Source: the human T2T-CHM13v2.0 reference genome, Homo sapiens
Length of the DNA stretch: 64,000 bases
Assembly (NCBI GenBank): GCA_009914755.4
Contig: CP068257.2
Span: 12,672,001-12,736,000 of the forward strand
Reading direction: 5' to 3'
The stretch's first letter is position 1. Every line of letters begins with the position of its first letter. A program made the position numbers and the translations under genes. The notes beneath the pieces were generated by a model that did no database searches, was not told the DNA's origin, and saw only the letters and a program-made list of their open reading frames with translations. This document shows, piece by piece, positions 14,346 through 26,220 of this stretch.

Positions 14346-15885
14346 TTAGAGCAGGAAGACCGAGAGTCCCAAGGCAGTAGTTTATGTTGCAGAGTGCTGG
14401 TGCTAAATAAGATTAAATAAACAGTAGGATATTTGATGAGTTTGAGTGTATTCAGAAGAGACTTTTGGCTATTGAAGTGTTTGGGAATAAATTAGCCCTA
14501 GTTACACAGAAAATTAAGCATACAGAAAAATAGTGACACAAGCTACATATTTGGTGACCTTCATGAGCAATATGTGTTTATTGAATATTTGAGAAAAAAT
14601 GGGTAATCTATTGGAAGGGAAATAGGGAAGTATGGGAGGAATGGAGGAAAATAATAGAACACACTTAAGACTGAGAAAGCTAATAGCCGTATGATATATT
14701 ATTCAAAAATATAAGGAAATTAGCTAAAAGAACGTAAGATGGTGAGAAGCAACTAGTTTGTTTTGTTTTGTTTTGTTTTAAACATGATACCTGCAAAGGA
14801 ACAAGGATCATATTGGCAACACACTTTTATTAGCACTTTTGTATGCTAGAGTCCAATGGAACAGTTGTGTATCTTTTAAGACTCAAGAGCAAACTGGCTT
14901 AAGTAACATGGAAGTGTATTGACACCCAAAGGTAAAATGCCCAGGCATCGATTTTTAAACACACTTGATCCAGAGGTTCAAATAAAGTGTTCACAACTCT
15001 CTTAATTTTGCAGATCTACTTATTTTGTGCTGGTTGGTTTTGTTCCCAGGCTTCACATATTGATGGAAATGTATCTTTCAAAGAACTTTCTTCTGTTTCT
15101 ATGTGTGCTAATAACTGTTTTTCAGCTTCTTCCACTAAAGCTGCAAGTTTACCTGCTAAGTAGCTAATGCAAGAACAACCCTCCCATCAACCACTTCTCA
15201 GGAGCTTAGGACACCAAAAGAATTGTAGCCCTCACTCATTTTATGTGTCCACTGTGGGTCAGGAAAGGGACTCTGCTTATCCTACGGACTCCAGCTGAGG
15301 AAACGAGCCAAGCACCATTTTAAATGCTGGCAGGCACTGTGCAAAGGGAGTAGGACTGACACCAGCAATTAAATGTTCTAACTCGGAAGTGTCATATATC
15401 ATTTCTCTTATAATTCATGGTTCAAAACTATTCATTTGGGTCTATCAACCAAAAGGGGGCCAGAAAGTTCAACTCTACTATGTACCAAGAACCTGGGAGA
15501 ATGGAAATATTTGGCTAAAAGCACTGGTAACTAACATATTGTCCCACAGAACATCATAAAGGTAATACGTTGCTAAACTTCTCTGCATTAGATCGACTTT
15601 TTATCTTCTGTACATTTCTGTGTGGAACCTATGACCACAAATGAGAGCGTTCTGCTGTAGCAGCATGGCAAAACATCAGAAATGTGTATTTATTTCACAT
15701 ACATCATATATTATGTTTATATTTATTTTAGTCTACAATTACACATTTTAGGTATAATGTTTGAGTTTTCAGTTAAAATAATATAAATAGCTTTTATAAT
15801 TAATCTTTTTACAGCAATCTTTTGAAAGCTAAAACACAAATTTCCTTATATTATTAATGTAACTGTGATAACTATGTGAGTTTAG

Positions 15886-16040
15886 GTCTTTTTGTCTGCT
15901 CTGGAGCCTACGTCATCACTAGAGGATCCCTGGCTGCCTCTCGAACCATGTATGTTCAACTGTTAAATAATGTACTGCACCTCCCCATCCAGTTTTTTGA
16001 AACAAATTCCACAGGCCAGATCATCAGTCGTTTCACCAAG
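15886..16040 (+). CDS. ABCC13: ABCC13 exon B: (G)LFVCSGAYVITRGSLAASRTMYVQLLNNVLHLPIQFFETNSTGQIISRFTK
   Basis: Acceptor tgtgagtttag|GT. The first two nt complete the Gly codon begun in exon A. Donor CACCAAG|gtaagc. Aligns to MRP1 [51 protein letters not shown]. Confidence 0.85.
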
Positions 16041-16347
16041 GTAAGCAAAGACACACCTTATTAAATAGCATACATAAAAGTGACCCATATTTAGTACCTT
16101 ATATGCTCACTTGTACAAAATATTATGTGTTTTATGTAGATTTCATTGTTAAGTATATTTCTAAGCGTTAGGACGTATATAATTGATGTACAACAGAGTC
16201 ACATTTTGTACATATAATTAAAATAACACTGAAAAATTACTTAAGAATCCAAGAAACACATGCTTTGAGATGTACCACTCTAATTCTTCCACACATCGAG
16301 TTTGAGAATCACTGCTTTAGGCTAAGAAGGGAAAGAAAATGTAAGTT

Positions 16348-16858
<511 letters not shown>

Positions 16859-17866
16859 TTAAAAACATCCTGCCTTTAAGAAAACATAACGTCACTTATG
16901 GTGAATGGGGAATGAGTTGAGATTTTCAGAGTGTCTCTGCTTATCTGTAGGAGTTTTCTCATTGTGTCTACTATAAAATGTTTCTAATAGAACTGTCCAA
17001 TAAAGATAAAATGCAAACCACGTATGTGATTTTAAATTTCCTGGTAGCCATAATAAAGAAGTAAAAGAAAACACAATGGAAAGAATTAATTGTGATAATA
17101 CATTTTATTTAACACAGTATATCCAAAACATTATTCCCAACTGTAATTAATATAAAATTATTGATTAAACTTTACACTTTTTTGTACAAAGTATTTTAAA
17201 TCTGGTTTTTATCATGTGCTTATAGCATATCTCAATTTGCAATAGCCACATTCCAAGTGTTCAGTAGTCACATATTGCTAGTGGTCCCTATATTAAGATG
17301 CGCAAGTCCATAACCTCAAAGTGTATAAACACATTTCTATGTATATGTAAAAACATGGTGGGTGTATAAAGGGAAGTGAAGATAAAACACAAAAACATAA
17401 ATGAAAGTACCTAACATAATAAATTTCTAATGTAATATTAAATCAAGCTTAATTGTACCAAAGTACATACTGTCTTTTGAAAAATTATAGAAGAATTTGA
17501 TCACCACCATTCTGTTTCTCCCAGAGGACATTTCTGACTACAACCCTACTGATTTATTATCTTTTTTATATAGTAAAATTTCAAATGATTGAGTCTTAAG
17601 CAGATGGGAGTACGGGCAGGTAAATTCAAAACAGGAAATTCCATGTGAATACAATACTGTTACATTGTTTGGTATATGAAATAACCAGGGAACTCCCAAA
17701 AGAGGGTAGAATTAACAAAATTTCATCTCTATTTTTTATATCAGTTTTGTCCTGAACTGAGTAGTTCATCCAGTCAAGGTTCAGTGTCTTAGTATTCCCT
17801 GGCATCTCTCAGGTCATACCTTGTGCCACAAACAGATTAAGTTATATGCAACAAAGTGTAAAACAG

Positions 17867-18146
17867 GCTGGGTGCGGTGGCTCATGCCTGTAATCCCAAC
17901 ACTTTGGGAGGCCGAGGCAGGTGGATCACCGAGACCAGCCTGGTCAACATGACGAAACCCCGCCTCTACTAAAAATATAAAAACTCGCTGGGCATGGTGG
18001 CTCATGACTGCAATCCTGGCTACGTGGGAGGCTGAGGCACGAGAATTGCTTGAACCTGGGAGGCAGAGGTTTGCAGTGAGCCGATATCGCACCACTGTAC
18101 TGCAGCTTGGGTGACACAGCGAGACTTTCTCTCAAAAAAAAAAAAA
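17867..18146 (+). mobile_element. Alu, + orientation, with poly-A tail
   Basis: ggctgggtgcggtggctcatgcctgtaatcccaacactttgggaggccgaggcaggtggatcac…ctctcaaaaaaaaaaaaaa. Confidence 0.9.
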
Positions 18147-18745
18147 AGTACATATCAATGCATGACCTTCCCTTTGTCCTTCTCTCATTCCTATTTGCCA
18201 CTCCATCTTTCAGTTCATAATTTTATAAATGAAGATTATCTTGTTTTCCTGTCTCTTTTGATATGAGTAGGATCCAGTTACCCAGGAAGGCCACTGAACA
18301 TGTTCTTAGTTGATAACAATGCCCCAGGAGTGATTTACAAATTTTGAGTCATAAATAATGGTAGCCCAATGCCCCAAATACTGGAATTAAAAAAAAACAG
18401 CTATTGAATTATGGACTGTTTTTTCATTTTTGTTTTTGCTTTTTTGATCAAAGTCTGACTTTAATTGTATAATTAATTGCCATGTAGTGGTCACTGGGAA
18501 ATATAAATTGCTTGATGATAAGTATCTTGAAATCGGAACAGCCTTTTAATTGTTATAGTTGACTACAGGGGAAAAATATATGGGGATGAGCAAAGATCAT
18601 GTAGTTAGATTTATTTATGAAATCAATAGATTGTCATACCTGGGTAAACATTTTTAATTTTGCCATTGAATAATATATTTCTTCTTTCTCTCATTTTAAA
18701 CTGTAAAAAGTTAAAAATAAAGTGACCTAATATCAAATTTTTCAG

Positions 18746-18901
18746 GGCGTATTTATAATTGATATGCGTTTGCATTACTATTTACGGCTGTGGGTGAATT
18801 GTACATTGGATATTATTGGAACAGTTTTGGTCATTGTGGGAGCTTTGCCCCTCTTCATTCTGGGGATTATTCCCTTAGTGTTCTTCTATTTCTCTATACA
18901 A
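18746..18901 (+). CDS. ABCC13: ABCC13 exon C: GVFIIDMRLHYYLRLWVNCTLDIIGTVLVIVGALPLFILGIIPLVFFYFSIQ
   Basis: Acceptor aatttttcag|GGC, donor ATACAA|gtaaat. 156 nt, phase 0 at both ends. Aligns to MRP1 [52 protein letters not shown]. Confidence 0.8.
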
Positions 18902-21900
18902 GTAAATGCATACATTTTTATTTGTATTAATAACTTATAAGTTCACAATCAAATATAGTTTCAGACCCACTTAAACCTCCTCTTTGTCCAGGTTCTCTAA
19001 GAAGCAGAGTCGAAGAAAGAAATACATGTACTAGAGATTTTACTGGGGGAAATGCCTGTAAAAGATAAAGGAGAGGGAGCAGAAGAAGGCTGGGCTGAGC
19101 AAGTCCTCAGACAGCCACTCAGGCTGAATCCCTGTGATTGAGAAAAGGAAAGAAGACGGATTGGGTAACAAGGGTCTTGGACGACAGGACAGTTCTATAA
19201 CAGGTTCAACAGGAAGTTCTCAATCACAGTTGTCCATTGGAGGGTCTCATGTGCACTTTCTGCCAGTACTCAGTCATTGGCTGGCCTCTATGCTAATACA
19301 GCAGTGGATCTATCAGTGCAGTCTCAGGGGCTGTCAGTCAGCTATGCTCCTGCAGCAGGAGAGCTGGGGCCTGCATTTTTATGCCCGCCACAAAACCTGT
19401 ATGTTGTAATTTTAGCAGAAAATTAATTTCCCTGCATATCCAAGAGAGAAACAGATACTGCCTTTTTGTCCTATTTTTTCAGACATCACCTGTCTCTTCC
19501 AGACAAACAATTGCTGGAAGAGCTAAATATGTTTCTCATGATACTTACATGATATCTTCATATTATATCATTTGCAAAATTATGTTACTGTAAGGCTTCA
19601 GTGGAAAACAAAATTTCTTAGCATTTTTTCTTCAGCAATCAAACAAAGCAATTTTATTAAACAATGAAAAGAATCAATTAAAATGGATGTCTTTATTATC
19701 TTTATTATTTTACAAGAAACCATGACAGCTTTTGGTTTAAAAAAAGTTTATAGATTCATACAGAAATGACTCACATAAAAGAAATTTCTCCAGCTCGCTC
19801 CTACACTGTGACATAAAAGTTCTTTTCATATTCACAGATTTATACACCTTATTTCTGTTCCCACAACTTTTTTTGACACTTATACCAAGGTACTAGTCAA
19901 ACATGCAAGAACTATAAATAGATGAATTTTTCAAATGTATGATATCAAGAGATTATTATTATAAAACATTTTAGGCATCTTTTTACATTGCCTTTATCGA
20001 AGTATGTGCAATTTTTTATTACAGGCTGAATCCGCAAATAAAGAGTGAAATTTAAAGACAGTTGCAGAAATAACTATTTCCCATTTATTTTATTTATCTT
20101 GGCAATAAGGACTTCAGTAAAAGATGAAATTAGTTTAAGTAAACAGAAAAACAAAAGTAGATTATAGGTGTAAATGGAGCTCAGATTGAATCCAAAATAA
20201 TGAATGTATGTTTTTCCACTCCGTATTTTAGTTGATTATCCTCAAATATGCAATCTACTATGAAAACGTAATCCTTACATTTGTTGGAGATTTTAAATGA
20301 AGTATAAAATACAGAGAAAATTACCCATTATTTCTAAATTTTCAGTGAAATTCCTATATTAAAATAATATTTATTCCAAAGCATGATTTCTTTATCCTGA
20401 TAGTTTCAACTGATAACATACAAGGTAAAATCAATGCTGAAGCATATTTTAAATATAGAAGTATCTGAGGCTCTTTTCACAAAAAGATTCTTAGAATTTA
20501 ATGCTTTTCAAAAACCCAAGTTTTAAAATTCATGTTAGAGTTTAGTCTGCTCAAGCCAGACTACAAATGATTTTCTCATTTCCTTACCTATACTCCATTA
20601 TTCTTCCTACTTCACATCTTTTCCCTGTTCTTTCTGTCTGTCCCGATCTTACTTGACATTGATGGCCTAGGTCATTTTCCATTTTCTGTGTGGAGCATTC
20701 TCTATCACAATAGTGCAAAAAGAACTGACTCCTTATCTACTATTCTAATATCTACTATTATGGATTTATTACACTGCTGGCATATACTGATGGTATAATA
20801 AATCCAGAATATATGAAAATGTAAGTGCTCTGGGGGCAGAGACTATGTTTTATATATATTGTAAAAATCTAGAAAAAAAGCACTCATGTGGCAAATGAAA
20901 TTTTATGTGTTGGTCTCCTGTCTGGTAATCTATAACAGAGTTATCAGGAGTAAAAAGGAGTCTAGAGATCATGTCTCATTAGGGGCAGTAATATAGGATG
21001 AGGTCTGAATTTGGATGCAGGAACTTGGAGTTCTAGTCATCTTCCTTACTTACCTGCCTGGGACATCATTTCCCTTTCTAGGCTCTATTTCTTTCCCCTG
21101 TGAAATAAAAGGTTTGGTTTGGATGTGTGCTGTGTAAAGTGTAGTTCCTGGACCCATGGGCCATAGCTCAGACCTATTGGGTCAGAATGTCCCAAGGTAG
21201 AGCCCAGAAACCTGCCTTTCAACAAACCCTTCAGGCAGATGATTCTTACTAAAGTATGAGAAGCATTGATCTAGATAAAATTTCTTAAACCAGATTCCCC
21301 AGAGAGTTGCATGAAAGAACTCCATGGATTCTACAATTCACTGAAAATTGATCAGAAGCTCCAAGTGTGTATGCGTATTTGCATTTGTCTAGGGAAAGCA
21401 TTTTACCCTTATTTATCTACTCACATGGTCTGTGACCCCAATAACATATTCCCTAATCTAGGCAATCTAAATCCTTTACAGCCTCAGAATGCCATAGTCC
21501 CCTGTATTCTTCAGAGCACTTAGCATAGAGTTCAGTTGTAGACCACCAGGCTGTATGTAACCTGAGATATGGTTTTGTTTAGCTTGCTCAGTGTTTTTAC
21601 CAAATGTAGACATTTTAAAATCTGGGATTTTACATAAAATTCCAGATTTAAAATTTTCCTGAAAATTGTGCAAGACCGCATAACTTTTGATTTTCATTTC
21701 CAGTTGGTAGCAATTTTCCGGGGCTGATTAATAATCCGGTTAATACAGGGCATGCTCCATCCAGCTCCCAGCAGTCTTACCTATCCTAATTGTCCTCAAC
21801 TTCAAGCCAAGGGGAAATAGATAACTTATAATTGTGACTGTAGTGGAAATATTTGAAGAAAAAAATAAAAAATATTATTTTTCTATAATTATGTTTAAGT

Positions 21901-22083
21901 ACAAAATATCATTGTGCATTTGGTCTGCTTCCCTCATTCAATGAGTTAACTGTTCGGTCACATATTCAACATGTAACATAGAGCTTTCTTCATAGAAGGG
22001 ACTCAATAATGGTCATTTGAGAGCACTGTCGAAGTGAAATTTTGCCCAATTATGTTCTTGTTGTGCTGTCCAGAATTGGCGCT

Positions 22084-22390
22084 TTTTTTTTTTTTTGACA
22101 GGGTCTCACTCTGTTACCCAAGCTGGAGTGCAGTGGCATGATATGATCTCAGCTCACTGCAACCTCTGCCTCCCAGGTTCAAGCGATTCTCCTGCCTCAG
22201 CCTCCTGAGTAGCTGATACCACCGGCAGTCACCACCACAGCAGGCTAATTTTTGTATTTTTGGTAGAAATGGGGATTCACCATGTCGCCCAGGCTGGTCT
22301 TGAACACCTGAGCTCCAGTGATCTGCCTGCCTCAGCCTCCTGAAGTGCTGGGATTACAGGCGTGAACCACCGCTCCCAGCCTCAGAATTT
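22084..22390 (-). mobile_element. Alu, - orientation
   Basis: tttttttttttttgacagggtctcactctgttacccaagctggagtgcagtggc…ggattacaggcgtgaaccaccgctcccagcc. Confidence 0.9.
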
Positions 22391-22510
22391 GGGCTTTTTA
22401 CCATCACAAGGGCACATGAGTTTCCTAAGGCTCCTCTAACAAAGTGCTACCAACTGGGTGGCTTAAAACAACAGAAATGTATTCTCTCACAATTTTTAAA
22501 AACCTGTTTG

Positions 22511-22881
22511 TTTTATTTTATTTTATTTTTATGAGACAGGGCCTGGCTCTGTCACCCAAGCTGTAGTGTAGTGCCACGATCATAGCTCACTGCAGTCTCA
22601 ACCTCCTGGGCTCAAGTGTCAAGTGATCCTCCTGCCTCAGCCTCTCGAGTAGCTAGGCCAACAAGCATGCACCACCACATCTGGATAATATATATATGTT
22701 TTGCTTTTTGTAAAAACGAAGTCTTCATATATATATATATATAATATATATATATAACTTTTTGTAAAAACAAGGTCTTCCTACATTGCCCAGGCTCGTT
22801 TCAAACTCCTGGGCTCTAGCAACCCTCCTGTCTTGGCCTCCCAAAGTGTTGGCATTATAAGCGTGGGCACCACACTTGGCC
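22511..22881 (-). mobile_element. Alu, - orientation, carrying an internal (TA)n-associated tandem duplication (about 22690-22790)
   Basis: ttttatgagacagggcctggctctgtcacccaagctgtagtgtagtgcc…[tttttgtaaaaacgaagtcttcatatatatatatatataatatatatatataactttttgtaaaaacaaggtcttcc]…cccaaagtgttggcattataagcgtgggcaccacacttggcc. Confidence 0.8.
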
Positions 22882-23290
22882 TCTCTCACAGTTCTAAAGG
22901 CCAGAAGTCTAAAATCAATATATAGGCAGAGTTGATTCCTTCTGGAGGCTTTGAGGGAAAATCTCTTTCATGCTCCTCTCCTAGCTTCTGCTGGCTGTCA
23001 ACAATCCTGATATTTTCGTTGGCTTCTAAACACATCACTTCAATCTCTGCCACTGGCAGAGATGGTGTTTTCCCTGTGTCTATGTCTTCTTTTTTGTCTT
23101 TTATAAGGATACTCAACATTGGATTTAGGGTCCACCCTACATCCAGGGTGATGTCATCTTGAGATCCTTAACTTAATTACATGTGTAAAGATGCTATTTC
23201 TGAATAAGGTCACATTCACAGATACGGGGGATTAGGACTTGTATCTGACTTTTGGGGGGTCATTCTTTAAATCACAACACAAGGGTCTTG
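22882..23290 (+). mobile_element. MaLR-type LTR (MLT1-like) fragment
   Basis: cacagttctaaaggccagaagtctaaaatcaa…ttctggaggctttgagggaaaatc…ttataaggatactcaacattggatttagggtccaccctacatccagggtgatgtcatcttgagatccttaacttaattacatgtgtaaag…ggggattaggac match my memory of the MLT1 consensus. Confidence 0.6.
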
Positions 23291-23358
23291 TAGTTTTTGA
23301 ACTATTGAAGCAATTTCTGCTACATTTTTCCGACTGCTTCTTTCTGTCTTCTGATTAG

Positions 23359-23558
23359 AGATACTATGTGGCAAGCTCTCGGCAAATCCGGAGGTTGACA
23401 GGAGGGTCCCGTTCTCCTGTCATTTCTCACTTTAGTGAGACTTTATCAGGAGTGTCCACCATCAGAGCATTTGGACATGAACAGAGGTTTATCCAGCAAT
23501 ACAAAGAGATGGTGAATGAAGACTTGGTCTGTTTCTACAATAATGTAATTTTCAACCT
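23359..23558 (+). CDS. ABCC13: ABCC13 exon D: RYYVASSRQIRRLTGGSRSPVISHFSETLSGVSTIRAFGHEQRFIQQYKEMVNEDLVCFYNNVIFN(+ct)
   Basis: Acceptor ttctgattag|AGATAC, donor AACCT|gtaagt. Aligns to MRP1 [44 protein letters not shown]…. Confidence 0.85.
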
Positions 23559-24283
23559 GTAAGTCCCGTTAATACCTAGCCTAGGATCAATCTCTTCTTA
23601 GACATCTTGCTCACTGACTTCTAAACAGACGGTTTTGAAATGGCATTTCATCCAAGTTTTAGAAGTATGTATTAATAAGACAAATATTTTCCAGTATTTA
23701 ATGTACATTTAAATTAAATTATATCTATTTATATTCACATGAAAGGCACATACTATTTAATATGAAAAAGGTGCTTTTAGAATTACTCATGACATAATTC
23801 TACATTGTGTTTTATATCTTTAGAATATATTTTATTTGTATACACTGTTTTGTAAAATTTTTGAATTTGAAGTTATAATCTCACATAAAGGAGAAAAATG
23901 AATTAAATAGAAGTTGAGCATGTTTCAATTTTTAAAGACTAATTTTATCATATTAAAAAGTATACACAATTGGAAAGGGAATTGATTTTCCAATAGGATT
24001 TAAAAAATGCAATACATCATTATAGCTGGTGTTATTTTGCTTCTAAATTCAGATCAAGTTTTAAAGCAAAGTTCTGCAAAAGTAAAATGCATTTTCATGC
24101 AGATGAATTCTTTAAGTTATCATGTGATGATCCCATGTTTGATTGAGTTCCAAGTAAGTTGGGGAGAAAAAAGAAAGCAGCTATTGCTGTTTATGTCTCA
24201 ATTTCCCAGAGGAGAGGGTTAGTACCAAATGCACCAAAACTTTTTCATCTCAGTTACTCAGGAATATATTCCATCTGTCACAG

Positions 24284-24410
24284 GTGGCTGTCTGTTAGAC
24301 TTGAATTTCTTGGCAACTTAATGGTGCTTTTTGCTGCACTGCTTGCTGTGCTGGCTGGCAATTCTATAGATTCAGCAATAGTTGGTTTGTCTGTATCCTA
24401 TGCCCTAAAT
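24284..24410 (+). CDS. ABCC13: ABCC13 exon E: (L)WLSVRLEFLGNLMVLFAALLAVLAGNSIDSAIVGLSVSYALN
   Basis: Acceptor ccatctgtcacag|G, donor CTAAAT|gtaagt. Aligns to MRP1 [44 protein letters not shown]. The junction codon reads ct+g=Leu where the family has a conserved Arg (NRWL). Confidence 0.8.
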
Positions 24411-25770
24411 GTAAGTAATAATGACTTTTGTGGTATATGGTATGTTTATAATCCAATTAATTAAACACTCTTCTTCTTTGCTTGTCTGAATTATATATTA
24501 TATTAACTAAGTAATGAGAGACAAATCTGGATTGCCCTGGAGGCTCATTTCCTTCTCTATCTTGTTAGTAGCAGGAAGCTAGCTCAGCAATTCTAAGTTA
24601 ACTTATAGGAAGAATAGGCTAATACTCAAGGCTGAGTGCTGAAAGACCAGGAAACTCCTGCTATTCTGTAGTTACTCAGAAGTTTCCTGCTTTTCTGTCC
24701 TGGTGGATTTATAGAGTGTTACAAGGGTAGGGTCCCTCTCCAACACAGCTGGTGTATCTCATTTGCTCAGCCTAAGCAAGAAGATAATTCTCTAGGGAGA
24801 ATATATTTGCTGTTTCTCTTCGGCTTGTAAGTTTTTCCCTAATAAACCCTATTTGATATTACACTGCAATGCACTAGTGGTAGGATGCATGCCCCCTTTG
24901 TAAAATAGCAAATGCCCTAAACTGCTTCCACATTATGTAGAAGATAAGTCTAGGTGATTGTGTTATATACTCTTGGTCCCATATCCAAAAACCTTGAGCC
25001 AGTTGCATTTCAGAATTCAGAATTTAGGCTTCTAGAAAGGAAATATGTACATAGCCATATCCAGGGCCTGGTTCAGAAGCCCATAATCAAACACTACTGC
25101 ATGTACACCCTAACTGGATTAAGTAAATGCTTTGAAGAGCCCCATATCACTTCAAGTCAGGTGGTCTATCAAATGAGTTGGCACCAAACTCAAGAAAAAA
25201 ATTGCATTGTACAAGTTTTTTGACTTTTAGAATTCTGTTCAAAGTTACACCCTTAGAGAATCTACATTTGGGAATAGAGTGAGAAGAAAATATAGTTTTT
25301 TTTTTTAATAGGGGAGCAGGAATAGTTAGAAAGCTAGGAGAATCTTCCTTCTGATGGAAGGTAGTGAAGAATGCCAAAGTGTTTGCACACTATTTTTTTT
25401 CTCATTTAGGATGCACATTTTTTTGAGGCATATCCCATCAATCTTGGTATTCATCATTCCTTATACCCACTATGCACTTCTTGCATATATGCTGAATTAT
25501 GGTCTATCTTATCCCAAGTAATTCCATTATTTATGATATTAATGAGTTTGTATCCTTAAACACAAATATGCATATGAAGAAATATGCTTATTTCTAGAGC
25601 TGCTAAATAATAATCAAAAGATATAAAGTATATGAGACAGTATGTGACGAGCTCTCAGCAGATTCAAGAAATGAAAAGTGAAACTCTATAAAAAATAAAG
25701 TATTATTTATATTACATAAAAAACTAAAGAACATCCATTAAGCTCTTGTTTCCTCCCCCATACCCCCCAG

Positions 25771-25872
25771 ATAACTCATTCTCTGAATTTTTGGGTGAAG
25801 AAAGCATGTGAAATTGAAACCAATGCAGTTGCTGTTGAAAGAGTTTGTGAATATGAAAATATGGATAAAGAA
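25771..25872 (+). CDS. ABCC13: ABCC13 exon F: ITHSLNFWVKKACEIETNAVAVERVCEYENMDKE
   Basis: Acceptor ataccccccag|ATA, donor GAA|gtaagcac. Aligns to MRP1 [34 protein letters not shown]. Confidence 0.85.
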
Positions 25873-25876
25873 GTAA

Positions 25877-25985
25877 GCACGCCTCCTGTAATCCCAGTAC
25901 TTTGGGAGTCATGGGAGGATCACTTAAGTTCAAGAGTTCAAGACCAGCCTGGTCAACATAGTGAGATTCTGTCTCTACAAAAATA

Positions 25986-26064
<79 letters not shown>

Positions 26065-26220
26065 CTGGGTATGGTGGCTTATGCCTTTAGTTCAAGCTAC
26101 TTGGGAGGGTGAAGTAGGAGAATCCCTTCTGCTTGGGAGTTCAAGGTTGCAGTGAGCTATGATCACGCCACTGCACTCTAGCTTGAGTGATAGAGCAAGA
26201 TCCTGTCTAATAAAAAAAAA
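25877..26220 (+). mobile_element. Alu (5'-truncated, + orientation) inserted 4-5 nt downstream of the exon F donor. It carries an expanded (AAAG)n tract in its central A-rich linker and is flanked by a duplicated target that includes the splice donor
   Basis: cacgcctcctgtaatcccagtactttgggag…ctctacaaaaataaag(aaag)n…ctgggtatggtggcttatgcc…tgatagagcaagatcctgtctaataaaaaaaaaa. The TSD aaaga(a/g)gtaagcac lies at 25866-25880 and 26234-26248. Confidence 0.85.
25985..26063. repeat. (AAAG)n microsatellite, about 20 perfect units
   Basis: aaagaaagaaag… seen directly, inside the Alu linker. Confidence 0.95.
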
